Shown: positions 50,021-61,014, counted from the stretch's first letter. The stretch: 64,000 nt of DNA from Acidimicrobiia bacterium (GCA_965203555.1 CBDBCY010000002.1:1-64000); one strand, 5' to 3'. Numbers and translations are program-made. The notes: a model not told the origin generated them from the letters alone.

Positions 50021-51232
50021 CTAGCGGATCCAGTAGGCGTCCTCGCCGTGCTGGGCGATGTCCAGGCCGATGATCTCATCCTCGGCGCTGGCTCGCAGGC
50101 CGATGGTCCTGTCCAGGATCTTGGCAAGCACCCAGGTGGCGCAGAAACTGAAAGCGATCACGGCCAGCACCGCCACTATCTGCTTGCCGAAGAAGGCGGC
50201 CCCGCCGTAGATAAGTCCGTTGAACTCACCGTAGGCGGTGGATGAGAACACCCCGGTGAGGATTGAGCCGATGATTCCACCGACCATGTGAATCCCCACC
50301 ACGTCCAGCGAATCGTCGTAACCGAACTTCTCCTTGAGGCTAACGACCAGCGAGCAGACGTACCCGCCCACCACGCCGATGACGATGGCGGCGGAAGGGC
50401 TCACGAACCCGGCTGCCGGGGTGATGGCGACCAGTCCCGCCACCGCTCCCGACACCAACCCCAGCAGGGTGGGGCGGCGATGGCGAACCCAGTCGGAGAC
50501 CATCCAGCCGAATGCTCCCAGGGCCGCGCCGAGTTGGGTGTTGAGCAGGGCCGTGACGGCTGCTCCGTCGGCGGCGAGGGCCGAACCGGCGTTGAATCCG
50601 AACCATCCGAACCACAGCATCCCGGTTCCGATCAGCGTGATGGGAAGCGAATGCGGAGGATGTTCGAGGCCGAAATCCTGCCGGGGACCCAGCACCCTGA
50701 TCAACGCCAGGGCGGCGATCCCCGAGTTGATGTGGATCACGTAACCACCGGCGAAGTCGCGGGCTCCCCAGGAGAAAAGCAGTCCGTCACCGGCAAATCC
50801 CCAATGGGCGACCACCGGATAGATCAGAAGGGACCACAGGGCTGCGAAGATCACCCAGGATGCGAACTTCATTCTTCCGGCCACCGCGCCGGCGATCAGG
50901 GCGGGAGTGATGATGGCGAACATCATCTGGAAGGATGCGAACAGGGTCTCGTCGCTGCTCAGGCCGTCCAATCCCATTTTGCTGAGATCTCCGATGAGAC
51001 CAAGACCGCCCGCCGAGGCGCCGAAGGCCAGGGAGAAGCCGACGATAACCCAGATCACGGTGGCGATAGGGATGGTGACGATGTTCATCATCAGCATGTT
51101 GACCACGTTCTTGGTGTTCACCATTCCGCCGTAGAAGAGCGCCAGTCCCGGCACCATGAACAGCACCAAAGCGGAGGCGGTGACCATCCATGCAATATCT
51201 CCAGTACCCAAAACGAATCCTTTCTCCTGCAA
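50021..51232 (-). CDS. amt: Ammonium transporter
   Basis: PGLALFYGG, FQMMFAIITPAL, DFAGG..IH, LWFGWFGFN, DDSLDV.GIH; start uncertain. Confidence 0.96.
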   Translation of the reverse strand: MQEKGFVLGTGDIAWMVTASALVLFMVPGLALFYGGMVNTKNVVNMLMMNIVTIPIATVIWVIVGFSLAFGASAGGLGLIGDLSKMGLDGLSSDETLFASFQMMFAIITPALIAGAVAGRMKFASWVIFAALWSLLIYPVVAHWGFAGDGLLFSWGARDFAGGYVIHINSGIAALALIRVLGPRQDFGLEHPPHSLPITLIGTGMLWFGWFGFNAGSALAADGAAVTALLNTQLGAALGAFGWMVSDWVRHRRPTLLGLVSGAVAGLVAITPAAGFVSPSAAIVIGVVGGYVCSLVVSLKEKFGYDDSLDVVGIHMVGGIIGSILTGVFSSTAYGEFNGLIYGGAAFFGKQIVAVLAVIAFSFCATWVLAKILDRTIGLRASAEDEIIGLDIAQHGEDAYWIR

Positions 51233-51258
51233 TATGGTGACGCTGTCGGCGAAAGAAA

Positions 51259-51292
51259 CCGGTCACTCCACCGGGCCGGTCACTCCACCGGG
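51259..51292. repeat. 17-bp perfect tandem duplication upstream of amt
   Basis: ccggtcactccaccggg x2. Confidence 0.9.
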
Positions 51293-51396
51293 ACTATTCA
51301 CCTGACATGTGATGATACCTGTCGAGTGGCCGGCCACACGGACAAGGAGCCTCTGCGGGCTGGGTGAATAGTCGGTTCGGCCCGGAGCGCGGGGAT

Positions 51397-52350
51397 TCAG
51401 CCGTCGGCGAGTTCTTCGATCAGTTTGGGCATCACCTTGTGGACGTCGCCCACGATCCCCAGGTCGGCGATGGTGAAAATGGGAGCATCGGGATCCTTGT
51501 TGATGGCGATGATGGTCTTGGCGTCCTTCATGCCGACCAGGTGCTGCATGGCGCCCGATATCCCGCATGCGATGTAGACATCGGGCTTGACCGTCTTGCC
51601 GGTCTGTCCCACCTGCTTCGCGTAGGGCACCCACCCCGCGTCCACGATGGCGCGGGTGGCGCCGGTGGCGGCGCCCAGTGGACCGGCCACACCCTCCACC
51701 AAGGAGTAGTGTTCCGCCGCTCCCAGTCCCCGGCCGCCGGAGACGATCACCGCCGCTTCCTCCAGGTCCGGTCCTTTCCTCTCCCTCATGTGGCGTTCGG
51801 TGACCACCGCGTTGGATCCACCCACGTCGGGCAGGTCCACTCCCACCACTTCCGGCGTGGATCCGCCTACCGGCTCGGCCGGAAAAGACTTGGGCCGGGC
51901 GATCACCAGATGGGGCCCCGAAGATGAGAAGACAGCCTCCGCGATCTCGGAGCCTCCTGATATTTCGTGACGGGAGCCGACCCTCCCGGCCGGATCCAGG
52001 GTCACGTCCACTGCATTGGAAAGGACCGGCAGACCCATCCGCGCCGCCAGGCGGCCCGCCACGTCGCGGTCGGTGTAGGCCTGGCCGAAGAGAATCAGAT
52101 CGGGCGCATGGTCGGAGGCCAATGAAGCCGTGGCCGCTGCCACCGGCGCGGCGGCCAGGAGATCGCCGTGGTCGAAATGAAAGGCCCGGGCGGCGCCGTG
52201 CTCGCCGAGAGTCTCCCAGGCCTGGGCGGACCCGGCGCCGGCATACAGCACCGTGGCGGCGCCCAGTTGGCGGGCCTTGGCCAACAGTTCCAGTCCGAGG
52301 GTGGAAGGACCGCCGTCGGTCTCCTCGCAGAAAGTCCAGACTTGCGCCAC
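51397..52350 (-). CDS. etfA: Electron transfer flavoprotein alpha subunit
   Basis: [30 protein letters not shown]. Confidence 0.96.
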   Translation of the reverse strand: MAQVWTFCEETDGGPSTLGLELLAKARQLGAATVLYAGAGSAQAWETLGEHGAARAFHFDHGDLLAAAPVAAATASLASDHAPDLILFGQAYTDRDVAGRLAARMGLPVLSNAVDVTLDPAGRVGSRHEISGGSEIAEAVFSSSGPHLVIARPKSFPAEPVGGSTPEVVGVDLPDVGGSNAVVTERHMRERKGPDLEEAAVIVSGGRGLGAAEHYSLVEGVAGPLGAATGATRAIVDAGWVPYAKQVGQTGKTVKPDVYIACGISGAMQHLVGMKDAKTIIAINKDPDAPIFTIADLGIVGDVHKVMPKLIEELADG

Positions 52351-52352
52351 GG

Positions 52353-53111
52353 CTAGATCACCTTCACTTCCTGCAGTTTCTCCAAGATCAACAGGTGCCC
52401 CTCTCCCTCGTCCTCCGCTATCACTCCGGCTTCCCTCTCCGGCGCCGGTGAAACCGAGACGACCTCCTGTTCGATAGAGATCGTCACTCCCAGGTCGGCG
52501 GCCGAAAACGTCTCGGTCGGCTTGCGCTTGGCCTGCATGATCCCCCTAAAGGTCGGATAGCGGGGTTCGACCACTCCGGCCGTCACCGACAACACCGCCG
52601 GAAGCCCGGAGACCACCACGTCGTAACCGGCGCTGGTCTGGCGGTGGATGGTCACCTGGTCATCCGCCACCTCCACGCGGGTGGCGTAGGTCATCGCCGC
52701 CACTGCGAGCAGTTCGGCCATCATCTGGGGAACCACCCCCGAGTATCCGTCGGTGGACTCGGTGCCGCAGATGATCAGGTCGAATCCGGTCTGCTCGGCG
52801 GCGGCCGCCAGGATGCGGGCCGTGGTCAGGGCGTCGGCGCCTTCCAACGCATCGTCTTCGATTATCACCGCCTGGTCGGCGCCCATCGCCAGGGCCTGAC
52901 GAATGCCCTGGGCGCGGCCCACCGGGCCCATCGACAGCAGGGTGACGGTGCCTCCGCTCGACTCGGCGAGGCGCAACCCCATCTCGACGCCGTAGCGGTC
53001 GGTGTCGTCGAGGATCTGGTCCTCGGTCCGGACCAACCGGTGGGTATCCGGATCGAATCGCGACGGATTCGCCGGATCAGGAATCTGCTTGACGCACACC
53101 ATTATTCGCAT
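52353..53111 (-). CDS. etfB: Electron transfer flavoprotein beta subunit
   Basis: [20 protein letters not shown]. Confidence 0.96.
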   Translation of the reverse strand: MRIMVCVKQIPDPANPSRFDPDTHRLVRTEDQILDDTDRYGVEMGLRLAESSGGTVTLLSMGPVGRAQGIRQALAMGADQAVIIEDDALEGADALTTARILAAAAEQTGFDLIICGTESTDGYSGVVPQMMAELLAVAAMTYATRVEVADDQVTIHRQTSAGYDVVVSGLPAVLSVTAGVVEPRYPTFRGIMQAKRKPTETFSAADLGVTISIEQEVVSVSPAPEREAGVIAEDEGEGHLLILEKLQEVKVI

Positions 53112-53144
53112 GAGCGAACCTAAGGTTACTAGCTCCCGACCCGC

Positions 53145-53969
53145 TCAAATCCGCGGCAGGAGAGCAGTGAGCAGTCTCCTGAAGTCCCCTTTCACCAGTT
53201 CCGCCGTGGCCGTCACGTCCTCGTGGGTGAGACGGTGGTCGGCGATCCCGGCGGCCAGGTTGGTCACCACCGACAGCCCTATCACCCGCCGCCGCATGTG
53301 GCGTGCGCAGATGACCTCGGGCACGGTGGACATCCCCACCAGGTCGGCGCCCAGGCGGCGGGCCATCTGCACCTCGGCGGGCGTCTCGAAGGTGGGGCCC
53401 AGGAACCAGGCGTACACCCCTTCCGACATGGGGATGTTCTGTTCGGCCGCCACCTCGCGGACCAGGCGCCGCAGCCGGGGGGTGTAGGTGTCCGACATGT
53501 CGGGAAACCGGGTCCCCAGGCGGGAGTCGTTGGGACCCACCAGTGGATTGATGCCCGCCAGATTGATGTGATCTGAGATCAACACTATCGACCCGGCAGT
53601 CAAGCCGTCTCCACATCCTCCCGCGGCGTTGGTCACCACCAGAGTGTGACATCCGGCGGTCAGCGAAGCTCTTACCGCAAAGGTCAACACGTCAGGGCTG
53701 TAGCCCTCGTAGGCGTGGACCCTCCCCGAGAGCAGGAGAACACGGTTGTCACCGAACGAGGTCGAGTGAAGGGTCCCGGCGTGGCCTGTGACGGCAGGGA
53801 CCGGGAAGCCGGGTATGTCCGGGTAGGGGACCGCAATGGCCTCCGGCAGATGCTCGGGGAAGTCTCCCGACGCCGAGCCGAGCACCGCCACCACGTCATG
53901 GCGAGGGTGGCCGGTGGCATCGGCAATGGCCTTCGCGGCGATTTCCAGTCTTTCGTAAAGCTCGGTCAT
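53145..53969 (-). CDS. punA: Purine-nucleoside phosphorylase
   Basis: GRVHAYEG, TNAAGG, GPTFETPAE, VGMSTVPE, VTNLAAG. Confidence 0.95.
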   Translation of the reverse strand: MTELYERLEIAAKAIADATGHPRHDVVAVLGSASGDFPEHLPEAIAVPYPDIPGFPVPAVTGHAGTLHSTSFGDNRVLLLSGRVHAYEGYSPDVLTFAVRASLTAGCHTLVVTNAAGGCGDGLTAGSIVLISDHINLAGINPLVGPNDSRLGTRFPDMSDTYTPRLRRLVREVAAEQNIPMSEGVYAWFLGPTFETPAEVQMARRLGADLVGMSTVPEVICARHMRRRVIGLSVVTNLAAGIADHRLTHEDVTATAELVKGDFRRLLTALLPRI

Positions 53970-54080
53970 GGGAGGGTCAGCAGGCAGGTACCGGTCACAT
54001 GGTTCATGGTAGTTGCGGGCTTGGGAGAGGCCAGATGTGCTATCGTTGGAAAAGGGGTCGGGTTGAGAGGAGGATCTGTC

Positions 54081-54452
54081 GTGCCAACCGGCGAGGCTCC
54101 CGTCTTGGTGGAACACCCACCTCCCACCGAGAAGGCGGTGGACCAGGCCATAAAACAGGCCGTCGAGGGCTACAAACAAGTCTTCGGCGACCGCTTGGCC
54201 CAGGTGTGGCTGTTCGGATCGCGGGCGTTGGGAACTCATCAGCCCCACTCCGATGTCGATTTGCTGGTTGTTCTGCACGAGGAAGAAGACCTCCTCTCCG
54301 AGTTGAGGCGCATCTGTTCGGTGGCGGAACCCATTCGTCTCTCCAGCAGAGTTTTCATAGACGGCCACCCCACCACCCTGCAGGAACTTGACAACAGCAA
54401 CGACGACTACCACCATTTCATAAGACGCGAGGGAAGACGAATCGATGCCTGA
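54081..54452 (+). CDS. Minimal nucleotidyltransferase (MNT) antitoxin
   Basis: WLFGSRALG....SDVDLLVV, IRREG; RBS GAGGAGG. Confidence 0.9.
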   Translation: MPTGEAPVLVEHPPPTEKAVDQAIKQAVEGYKQVFGDRLAQVWLFGSRALGTHQPHSDVDLLVVLHEEEDLLSELRRICSVAEPIRLSSRVFIDGHPTTLQELDNSNDDYHHFIRREGRRIDA

Positions 54453-54576
54453 GCAGGACATCGACTTGTTGATGGATTACAGCCTCCGCGAGCAGCTCAC
54501 CGGTGGAGTTTCCCCTCCTTCTCCGGGTCAATCACACCACCAATTCGAATGTCCCGATTCCATCAAACTGGGGTAA
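54445..54576 (+). pseudogene. Probable N-terminal stub of a HEPN toxin
   Basis: ATG overlaps the MNT end; MPEQDIDLLMDYSLREQL then unrelated sequence and a stop at 43 aa. Confidence 0.4.
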
Positions 54577-54767
54577 CACCTGGGGGGCTTCGGTAATGGG
54601 TCAGGTTGAGGGGCAGATGTGCAGGTTAGAGAGTCCGCGTAGGTGATACCTAGCCGTTGTCCCTGCTCGGAGGCAGTTTCCCCTTGCCCCGACCACCCCA
54701 ACTATTGGCCTCCGGTCGAGGAAAATGCGCCTGCGCAATAGCTGAGCGGTCGCGAACGTAATACCAA

Positions 54768-56093
54768 TCAATCCATCTCGCTGCTTCGGATTCTTTCACC
54801 TACCAGGGCAGGAGGCTCGGGTTGATCTTCGGTAATCGACCATGCGCCGGCCAGCATGGCCCGCACCGACCGCCATCGGGCCTCCTCCCGGTAGGCGACC
54901 TCGGCCAGGGGCTGACCCTTTTCCACCCGATCACCCGGTTTGGCCAGCATGGTGATGCCCACCCCCGGATCTATGGAGTCCTCCTTGCGCTCCCGGCCCG
55001 CTCCCAGCCGGGTGGCGGCGACACCCACGGTCAGGGCGTGGCAGGAGTCGACCCATCCCGATGCGGAAGCAACCACCTCGGCTCGCTTTCCGGCCTTTGG
55101 CAGCATGGAGGGATCGTCCACCACCGCCGGATCGCCGCCCTGGGCTTCCACCACCCGCCTGAAGACCTCGAGGGCCGCGCCGGACTTCACGGCGGCGGTC
55201 AGCAACTGCTCGGCGGCGGCCTCGTCGGCGGCTCTCCCGGCCAGGAGCAACATCTCCGACCCCAGAGCCAGGGTCAACTCCCACAGGTCTTCGGGGCCCT
55301 CACCGCGAAGGGTCTGAATCGACTCTGCGATCTCCGAGGCGTTACCGATCTCTCTGCCCAGGGGAGATCCCATGCTGGTCAGAAAGGCAGTGGTGCTCAC
55401 ACCATGCGCTTTTCCCAGGCCCACCATGGTGGTGGCCAGTGCCCGGGCGCGGGCCGGGTCGGGCATGAACGCCCCGGCGCCGGTCTTGACGTCCAGGACC
55501 AGGCCGTCCAGGTCTTCGGCCAATTTCTTGGACATGATCGAGGAGGCGATCAGGGGAAGCGATGGAACCGTGCCGGTAGCGTCTCGGAGGGCGTAGAGCT
55601 TGGCGTCGGCGGGCGCAAGATTCTCCGACTGGCCGCCGTAGACCATGCCGTGGGTACGGAGCACCTCCATGAATTGATCGGAACTCAAAGAGGTGCTCAG
55701 ACCCGGGATCGCTTCAAGCTTGTCCCTGGTGCCGCCGGTGTGACCCAGACCTCGACCGGTCAGGGTGGGCGCCAACACCCCGCAGGCCCTGACCATGGGA
55801 AGAAGGGGGATGGTCACCTTGTCACCCACCCCTCCCGTGGAGTGCTTGTCCACCTTGGGGCCGTCCAGCCCCGACAAGTCGAGAGTCTCGCCCGAGTACA
55901 GCATGGCCTCGGTCCAAGTCGCCAGTTCCGCAGGGTCAAGACCCCGCAGGTACACGGCCATGGCCATGGCCGCCATCTGGTAGTCGGTCACCTCGCCGGA
56001 GGTGAAGGCGGAGATGAGCCACCGGATCTGTTCCGACGACAGCGGCAGGCCGTCCCGTTTGAGTTCGATCAATTCAACAGCGGTGTATTTCAT
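54768..56093 (-). CDS. deoA: Thymidine/pyrimidine-nucleoside phosphorylase
   Basis: DKHSTGGVGDK, GRGLGHTGGT.DKLE, SIMSKK. Confidence 0.96.
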   Translation of the reverse strand: MKYTAVELIELKRDGLPLSSEQIRWLISAFTSGEVTDYQMAAMAMAVYLRGLDPAELATWTEAMLYSGETLDLSGLDGPKVDKHSTGGVGDKVTIPLLPMVRACGVLAPTLTGRGLGHTGGTRDKLEAIPGLSTSLSSDQFMEVLRTHGMVYGGQSENLAPADAKLYALRDATGTVPSLPLIASSIMSKKLAEDLDGLVLDVKTGAGAFMPDPARARALATTMVGLGKAHGVSTTAFLTSMGSPLGREIGNASEIAESIQTLRGEGPEDLWELTLALGSEMLLLAGRAADEAAAEQLLTAAVKSGAALEVFRRVVEAQGGDPAVVDDPSMLPKAGKRAEVVASASGWVDSCHALTVGVAATRLGAGRERKEDSIDPGVGITMLAKPGDRVEKGQPLAEVAYREEARWRSVRAMLAGAWSITEDQPEPPALVGERIRSSEMD

Positions 56094-57277
56094 GCCACTT
56101 CCTTCCAAAACGATGAGCCGCTGTCGGGCGCCGGAAGGCCGAAACCTTCGGCGATGGTAGCCGCCACATCCGAGAATTGCCCGCGAACCCCGAGATCGAC
56201 GCCCGCCGCGTTGCGGCCCGCCACCAGCAACGGGACGAACTCACGGGTGTGATCGGTGGAGTCACCGGTGGGATCGGTGCCGTGGTCGGCGGTTATGAAC
56301 AGCAGATCCCGATCCCCCAACTCATCCACCAGTCCCCGAATCGCCGCGTCGATCACAGCCAGAGCCTCGGCATATCCGTGGGGGTCCTGGCGATGACCGT
56401 ACCTCATGTCCAGGTCCACCAGGTTGGTGAAGATCAACCCGGCCCGGTCTTCGGCCACCATCCTGCAGATGGCCTCCACCGTTCTGTCCAGTCCGTCTCG
56501 GTCCCCTTCGGTGTGGTCGGCGCGGGTCATGCCCCTTCCGCAGAACAGGTCTTCGGTCTTGCCGATCCCCCACACCGCCAGGCCGGCGTCGAACACCCGG
56601 TCCAAAAGCGTGGGAGCGGGGGGAGGCATGGAGAAGTCCTTGCGGTCGTAGGTACGATGAAAGCTACCCGGTTCGCCGATGAAGGGCCGGGCAATCACCC
56701 TCCCGATCCGATACCGGTTGCAGTGCCGCCGGGCTATCTCGCACAGGCGGTACAACTCCGAAATGGTGAGAACCCTGGTGTGACAGGCGATCTGGAACAC
56801 CGAATCGGCCGATGTGTAGAGAATCGGATGTCCGGTGGCCAGATGCTCGGCGCCCAGTTCTTCGATGATCACCGTTCCCGAGGCTGCAACATTTCCCAGA
56901 AAGTGTCGTCCGGATTCGGCTTCTATGGGACGGGTCAGTTCAGAGGGAAACCCCCGCGGAAAGAGGCTGTGAGGTCGGGTGGTCCGCAGTCCGGCTATCT
57001 CCCAATGGCCGGTGGTGGAATCCTTTCCCACCGAACTCGGAGTCATTCGGCCGAAGGCCATGGTTGGCCGCCGGGCCGGGGGCACTCCGGGCAGGCTGTG
57101 CAGGTTGCCCAGTCCGGCGGCGCCGAGGCTGGGTAGCCGCAGGCCCCCGACCGCCCGGGCGACGTTGCCCAAGGTGTCCGCTCCGGCGTCTCCGTATTGA
57201 TCGGCGTCGGGCGCTTCGCCCGCCCCGCAAGAGTCGAGCACCATCACCACCGCTCGCTCCAGGGGCGGCAGGCTCAC
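56090..57277 (-). CDS. deoB: Phosphopentomutase
   Basis: VLDSCG, GKDSTTGHWE, YTSADSV, YGHRQD, TADHG.DP, HTRE. Confidence 0.96.
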   Translation of the reverse strand: MSLPPLERAVVMVLDSCGAGEAPDADQYGDAGADTLGNVARAVGGLRLPSLGAAGLGNLHSLPGVPPARRPTMAFGRMTPSSVGKDSTTGHWEIAGLRTTRPHSLFPRGFPSELTRPIEAESGRHFLGNVAASGTVIIEELGAEHLATGHPILYTSADSVFQIACHTRVLTISELYRLCEIARRHCNRYRIGRVIARPFIGEPGSFHRTYDRKDFSMPPPAPTLLDRVFDAGLAVWGIGKTEDLFCGRGMTRADHTEGDRDGLDRTVEAICRMVAEDRAGLIFTNLVDLDMRYGHRQDPHGYAEALAVIDAAIRGLVDELGDRDLLFITADHGTDPTGDSTDHTREFVPLLVAGRNAAGVDLGVRGQFSDVAATIAEGFGLPAPDSGSSFWKEVA

Positions 57278-57564
57278 GGTGACTTACCCCCATGGACGAC
57301 TCTGCCATTGCGCACCGTCACCCCTTCCCGGCGAAGCTTGCGGGCCTGTGCCGCCCGGTCGGGCGCCACCAGTCGGCCATCGGCTCTGACCACCCTCCAC
57401 CACGGGACGGGCTCGGCGGTGGCTTTCAGGAGATTGCCGACCGCCCGGGCCGCTCCCCGGTGCCCGGCGGCGGAGGCCACTTCGCCGTAGCTGATCACCT
57501 GTCCCTCACCCAAGGCGCCCAGGACTTCCAACACCGCCCCCTCAAAGTCCACCTCCTCCGGCAT
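57274..57564 (-). CDS. Alkyltransferase-like (ATL/MGMT family) protein
   Basis: SYGEVA, ARAVG, PWWRVV (Trp replaces the catalytic Cys). Confidence 0.9.
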   Translation of the reverse strand: MPEEVDFEGAVLEVLGALGEGQVISYGEVASAAGHRGAARAVGNLLKATAEPVPWWRVVRADGRLVAPDRAAQARKLRREGVTVRNGRVVHGGKSP

Positions 57565-57572
57565 CTTCCGGC

Positions 57573-58223
57573 TCAGTGGGGCGTTCCGAACAGCCGGTCT
57601 CCCATGTCGCCCAGCCCGGGGAGGATGTAGCTGTTGCGATCGAGGCCGCGGTCGTGACCGGCTGTCAGCACCGGTGTGTCGGGATGTCGCCGGGACATGG
57701 TTTCCGCCCCCGGGGGACAGGTGACCATGCACAGGCAGATGATGTCCTCACCCCCTTCGGCCTTGACCAGGTCGACGGCTTCGGCCAGGGATCCCCCCGT
57801 GGCCAACATGGGTTCGAGCACCAGCACCCGGGCGCCGGACAGGGAAGGGAACTTGGTGTAGTAGCCCACCGGCCGAACGGTCTCGGGGTCCCGCTGCAGT
57901 CCGACATAGCCCACCGACGAGTCCCCGAGCACGTCCAGAGCGCCGTCCAGCATACCGACTCCCGCTCGCAGCACCGGCGCCAGCACGGTGGGTTTCCCGA
58001 GCCGACCACCCACGAATCCGCCTTCCATGGGGGTTTCGATCTCAACGGGCGCCAAGGGCAGGTCTGCCACCGCTTCGGCGACCAGCAATCTGGTCAGTCG
58101 GCGGCTTGCCTCCCGGTACTCCCGGATCTCGGTCCTCCGGTCCCGGAGGATGGTCAGATAGTGGACGACCAGGGGGTGTTCAACCACTTTGAGGGTGGAT
58201 GGCGCCGCATCGGAGACTGTCAT
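57573..58223 (-). CDS. upp: Uracil phosphoribosyltransferase
   Basis: PVLRAG, EPMLATGGS, YILPGLGDMGDRLFGT. Confidence 0.96.
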   Translation of the reverse strand: MTVSDAAPSTLKVVEHPLVVHYLTILRDRRTEIREYREASRRLTRLLVAEAVADLPLAPVEIETPMEGGFVGGRLGKPTVLAPVLRAGVGMLDGALDVLGDSSVGYVGLQRDPETVRPVGYYTKFPSLSGARVLVLEPMLATGGSLAEAVDLVKAEGGEDIICLCMVTCPPGAETMSRRHPDTPVLTAGHDRGLDRNSYILPGLGDMGDRLFGTPH

Positions 58224-58233
58224 GTCATATACC

Positions 58234-60993
58234 CTATCCGGTATTTCGCATCCCCGCGGCGATTCCATTGACGGTTATCAGCAAAGCGCGCTGCAGCAGG
58301 GGGTCGAACGAGTCCTTGGAGCGGGACCTTTTCAGAAGCGAGACCTGCAGGAAGTTGAGGGGATCCAGGTAGATGTCACGGACTTCCAGGGTGCGCCGCA
58401 GCACCGGGCTGGAGTCGAGCAACGGCCCACCGGTGAGCCGCGACACTTCTTCGCAGGTCCGGCGGTACTCGTCGCGGATAGTGTCGAAGATGTGATGGTG
58501 GCGGGGATCCACCAGTTCGGACACATACCGGGTCGCTACGTCCAGGTCGGTCTTGAAAAGGGTCATCTCCACGTTGGAGACGAACATGTCGAGAAAGGAC
58601 CATTTGCGGAAGGCCTCTTTCAGGGTCCCGCCAAGTCCGGCCTGCCGGGCGGCTGCCAGACCTGATCCGAGCCCGTACCAACCGGGGATCACCTGGCGGG
58701 ACTGCGTCCATCCGAACACCCAGGGAATGGCCCTCATACTCTCCAATTCCGCCTTCTGCCCACCGGGCCGGCGGGCCGGCCGGGAACCGATGTTCAGGTA
58801 GGCCAACTCCTCCACCGGAGTGGAGGAGACAAAGTACTCCACCAGTCCGTCGGTCTGCATCAGTTGGCGGTAGGAGTCGAAACTCGCCTGCGACACCACG
58901 TCCATGGCCTGATACCACATCCGGCGTTCGGCGTCGCGGTGTTGATGAACGCGGTGGAGAAGCGATGACTCCAACACCGAGGACAGACCCAATTCGAGGT
59001 TGCGATCCGCCAGGGCCGGCAGCCCGTATTTGTCGGAGATGACCTCTCCCTGCTCGGTGACCTTTACGGACCCGTTCACGGTGCCGGCGGGCTGGGCAAG
59101 TATCGCCCTGTGAGTGGGACCTCCGCCGCGTCCCACCGTTCCTCCCCGGCCGTGGAACAGCAAGAGCCGTACGCCATGTCGCTGCGTGACATTCAACAAC
59201 TCTGTCTGCGCCTGGTATATCTCCCACTGCGAGGTGGTGATGCCCCCGTGCTTGCTGGAATCGGAGTATCCCAGCATCACCTCCTGGGAGTCGCCCCGCA
59301 GGCGCACCAACCGCCGGTACCCCTCGTCGGAGAGAAGCCGGTCCAGGATCCGGGGGGCGGCCCGCAACTCGGTGATGGTCTCCAGCAGCGGGACGAAACC
59401 GAGCCGGGCGACGCCCCGGTGCAGGTCCACCAGGCCCGCCTCCCGGGCGAGAGCGGCGGCGGCCAGGATGTCGTCGGGTCCCCGGGTCATGGAGACGATG
59501 TAGCTCTCGATCACCTCCGGTCCGAACCGGTCCAAGGCCCGGCGAACGGTGTGGAAGGTCTCCAGGACCGCATCTTCCCGGTTGCCCAGCTTGGTGGTCG
59601 GGGTGGCCAACGGCCTGGGACTGGCCAGTTCCTCCGACAGGAGGCGGGTTCTCGAGTCGGGGTCCAGGGATGCGTACTCGATGGAGAGGGGCTCGTAGAG
59701 CTTGGCCAGTGCCATGTGGTGATGCCCGGCGTGTTCCCGGATGTCCATCACCGCCATGCAGAAACCGAAGATCAGCACATTGCGGATCAGACGGGCCAGG
59801 GCGCCTTCCGCGATCAATTCCCCGGCGTTGTCCCGCAATGAGGACTCCATCAGCAAGAGTTCTCGCAAGAGCTCCCGGGGATGTGAGTAGTCGGCGCCGG
59901 GGACGTGCCGGGAACCGTCTTCCAGGCGCTTCAGGGTGTTTCGGAGCCGTTGGTGTATGAACGCCAGCTTCAGCCGGTACGGCTCGGTGGCGTTGAGTCG
60001 CTTCCATCGCTTCCAGACATGGGGCAGGATGAGCTTGTCGCCTTCAAGTTCGGTCACCAGTTCTGCGGAGACACCCTGGATGAGGCTGGAAACGGAGAGT
60101 TCGGCCGCCAGGTGTTCGACGGCGGTCACCAGGTTGCGCAGACCCTGGCGGTGTTGCCGCTCCAGCACCTCCATGGTCACGTCTGCGGTGATGTTGGGGT
60201 TCCCGTCGCGGTCGCCGCCCACCCAGGTCCCGAATCGGATGGGCGGGCGCCGGTCGTGCGCTATTCCCAGGCGAGAAAACTGGTGACGGATCTTCTCGCC
60301 CAGGTCCGGCATTACTTCCGTGAACAGATCGTTGAGATAGAAAAGAACCGCTCCCGCCTCGTCCTGGGGTAGAGGCCTGACTCCTCGCAACTCGTCGGTC
60401 TGCCACATCTGGTCGATCAACTCGGCGGTGCGGCGGTCCACCAGGGTGTGCTGGAAGGCGGTTGCCCGCGGATCGTTGCGCTCCACCAGCAGTTCGGAGA
60501 GAGCCTTCTGCTTGTTGAGCAGACTCCTGCGAGCCGCTTCGGTGGGGTGTGCGGTGAACACCGGTCGCCATTCCAGACGCCCGGCCACCTCCCGGATCGA
60601 TGCAGGGTCGCAGTCGCTTTCCAGGATCCGGTCTATGGTTCTCTCCAGTAGCCGATCATCGTCTTGGGAAGTCAGGTCGTCCACCCGATGCACTTGCTCG
60701 GCGACGTTGGCCAGGTAGAAGTAGATGCTGAAGGCGCGGGCCAGATTGATGGCTTGGTGCAGATCCAGACCGGCGAGCAGTCGATCGAGTTGTTGAACTG
60801 CCTGGATCTCCTCCCGGTACCGGATTGCCTTGGCCACCGCCCTGACGCTTTCGACCATGTCCAGGAGCGCCTCGCCCTGCTGACGTACCAGGGTGTCTCC
60901 CAGTTGATGGCCCAATCGACGGATGTCCTTTCGGAGTAACCTGCTGCGTTCGTCCCGCTCCGAATAGGGGGAATTTGAAGCCCGACGAGCCAT
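58234..60993 (-). CDS. ppc: Phosphoenolpyruvate carboxylase
   Basis: VFTAHPTE, GGDRDGNP, VMLGYSDS.K, FHGRGGTVGRGG, RAIPWVF, MRNTG. Confidence 0.98.
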   Translation of the reverse strand: MARRASNSPYSERDERSRLLRKDIRRLGHQLGDTLVRQQGEALLDMVESVRAVAKAIRYREEIQAVQQLDRLLAGLDLHQAINLARAFSIYFYLANVAEQVHRVDDLTSQDDDRLLERTIDRILESDCDPASIREVAGRLEWRPVFTAHPTEAARRSLLNKQKALSELLVERNDPRATAFQHTLVDRRTAELIDQMWQTDELRGVRPLPQDEAGAVLFYLNDLFTEVMPDLGEKIRHQFSRLGIAHDRRPPIRFGTWVGGDRDGNPNITADVTMEVLERQHRQGLRNLVTAVEHLAAELSVSSLIQGVSAELVTELEGDKLILPHVWKRWKRLNATEPYRLKLAFIHQRLRNTLKRLEDGSRHVPGADYSHPRELLRELLLMESSLRDNAGELIAEGALARLIRNVLIFGFCMAVMDIREHAGHHHMALAKLYEPLSIEYASLDPDSRTRLLSEELASPRPLATPTTKLGNREDAVLETFHTVRRALDRFGPEVIESYIVSMTRGPDDILAAAALAREAGLVDLHRGVARLGFVPLLETITELRAAPRILDRLLSDEGYRRLVRLRGDSQEVMLGYSDSSKHGGITTSQWEIYQAQTELLNVTQRHGVRLLLFHGRGGTVGRGGGPTHRAILAQPAGTVNGSVKVTEQGEVISDKYGLPALADRNLELGLSSVLESSLLHRVHQHRDAERRMWYQAMDVVSQASFDSYRQLMQTDGLVEYFVSSTPVEELAYLNIGSRPARRPGGQKAELESMRAIPWVFGWTQSRQVIPGWYGLGSGLAAARQAGLGGTLKEAFRKWSFLDMFVSNVEMTLFKTDLDVATRYVSELVDPRHHHIFDTIRDEYRRTCEEVSRLTGGPLLDSSPVLRRTLEVRDIYLDPLNFLQVSLLKRSRSKDSFDPLLQRALLITVNGIAAGMRNTG

Positions 60994-61014
60994 ATTGGGT
61001 TCAGGAACGGTTGG

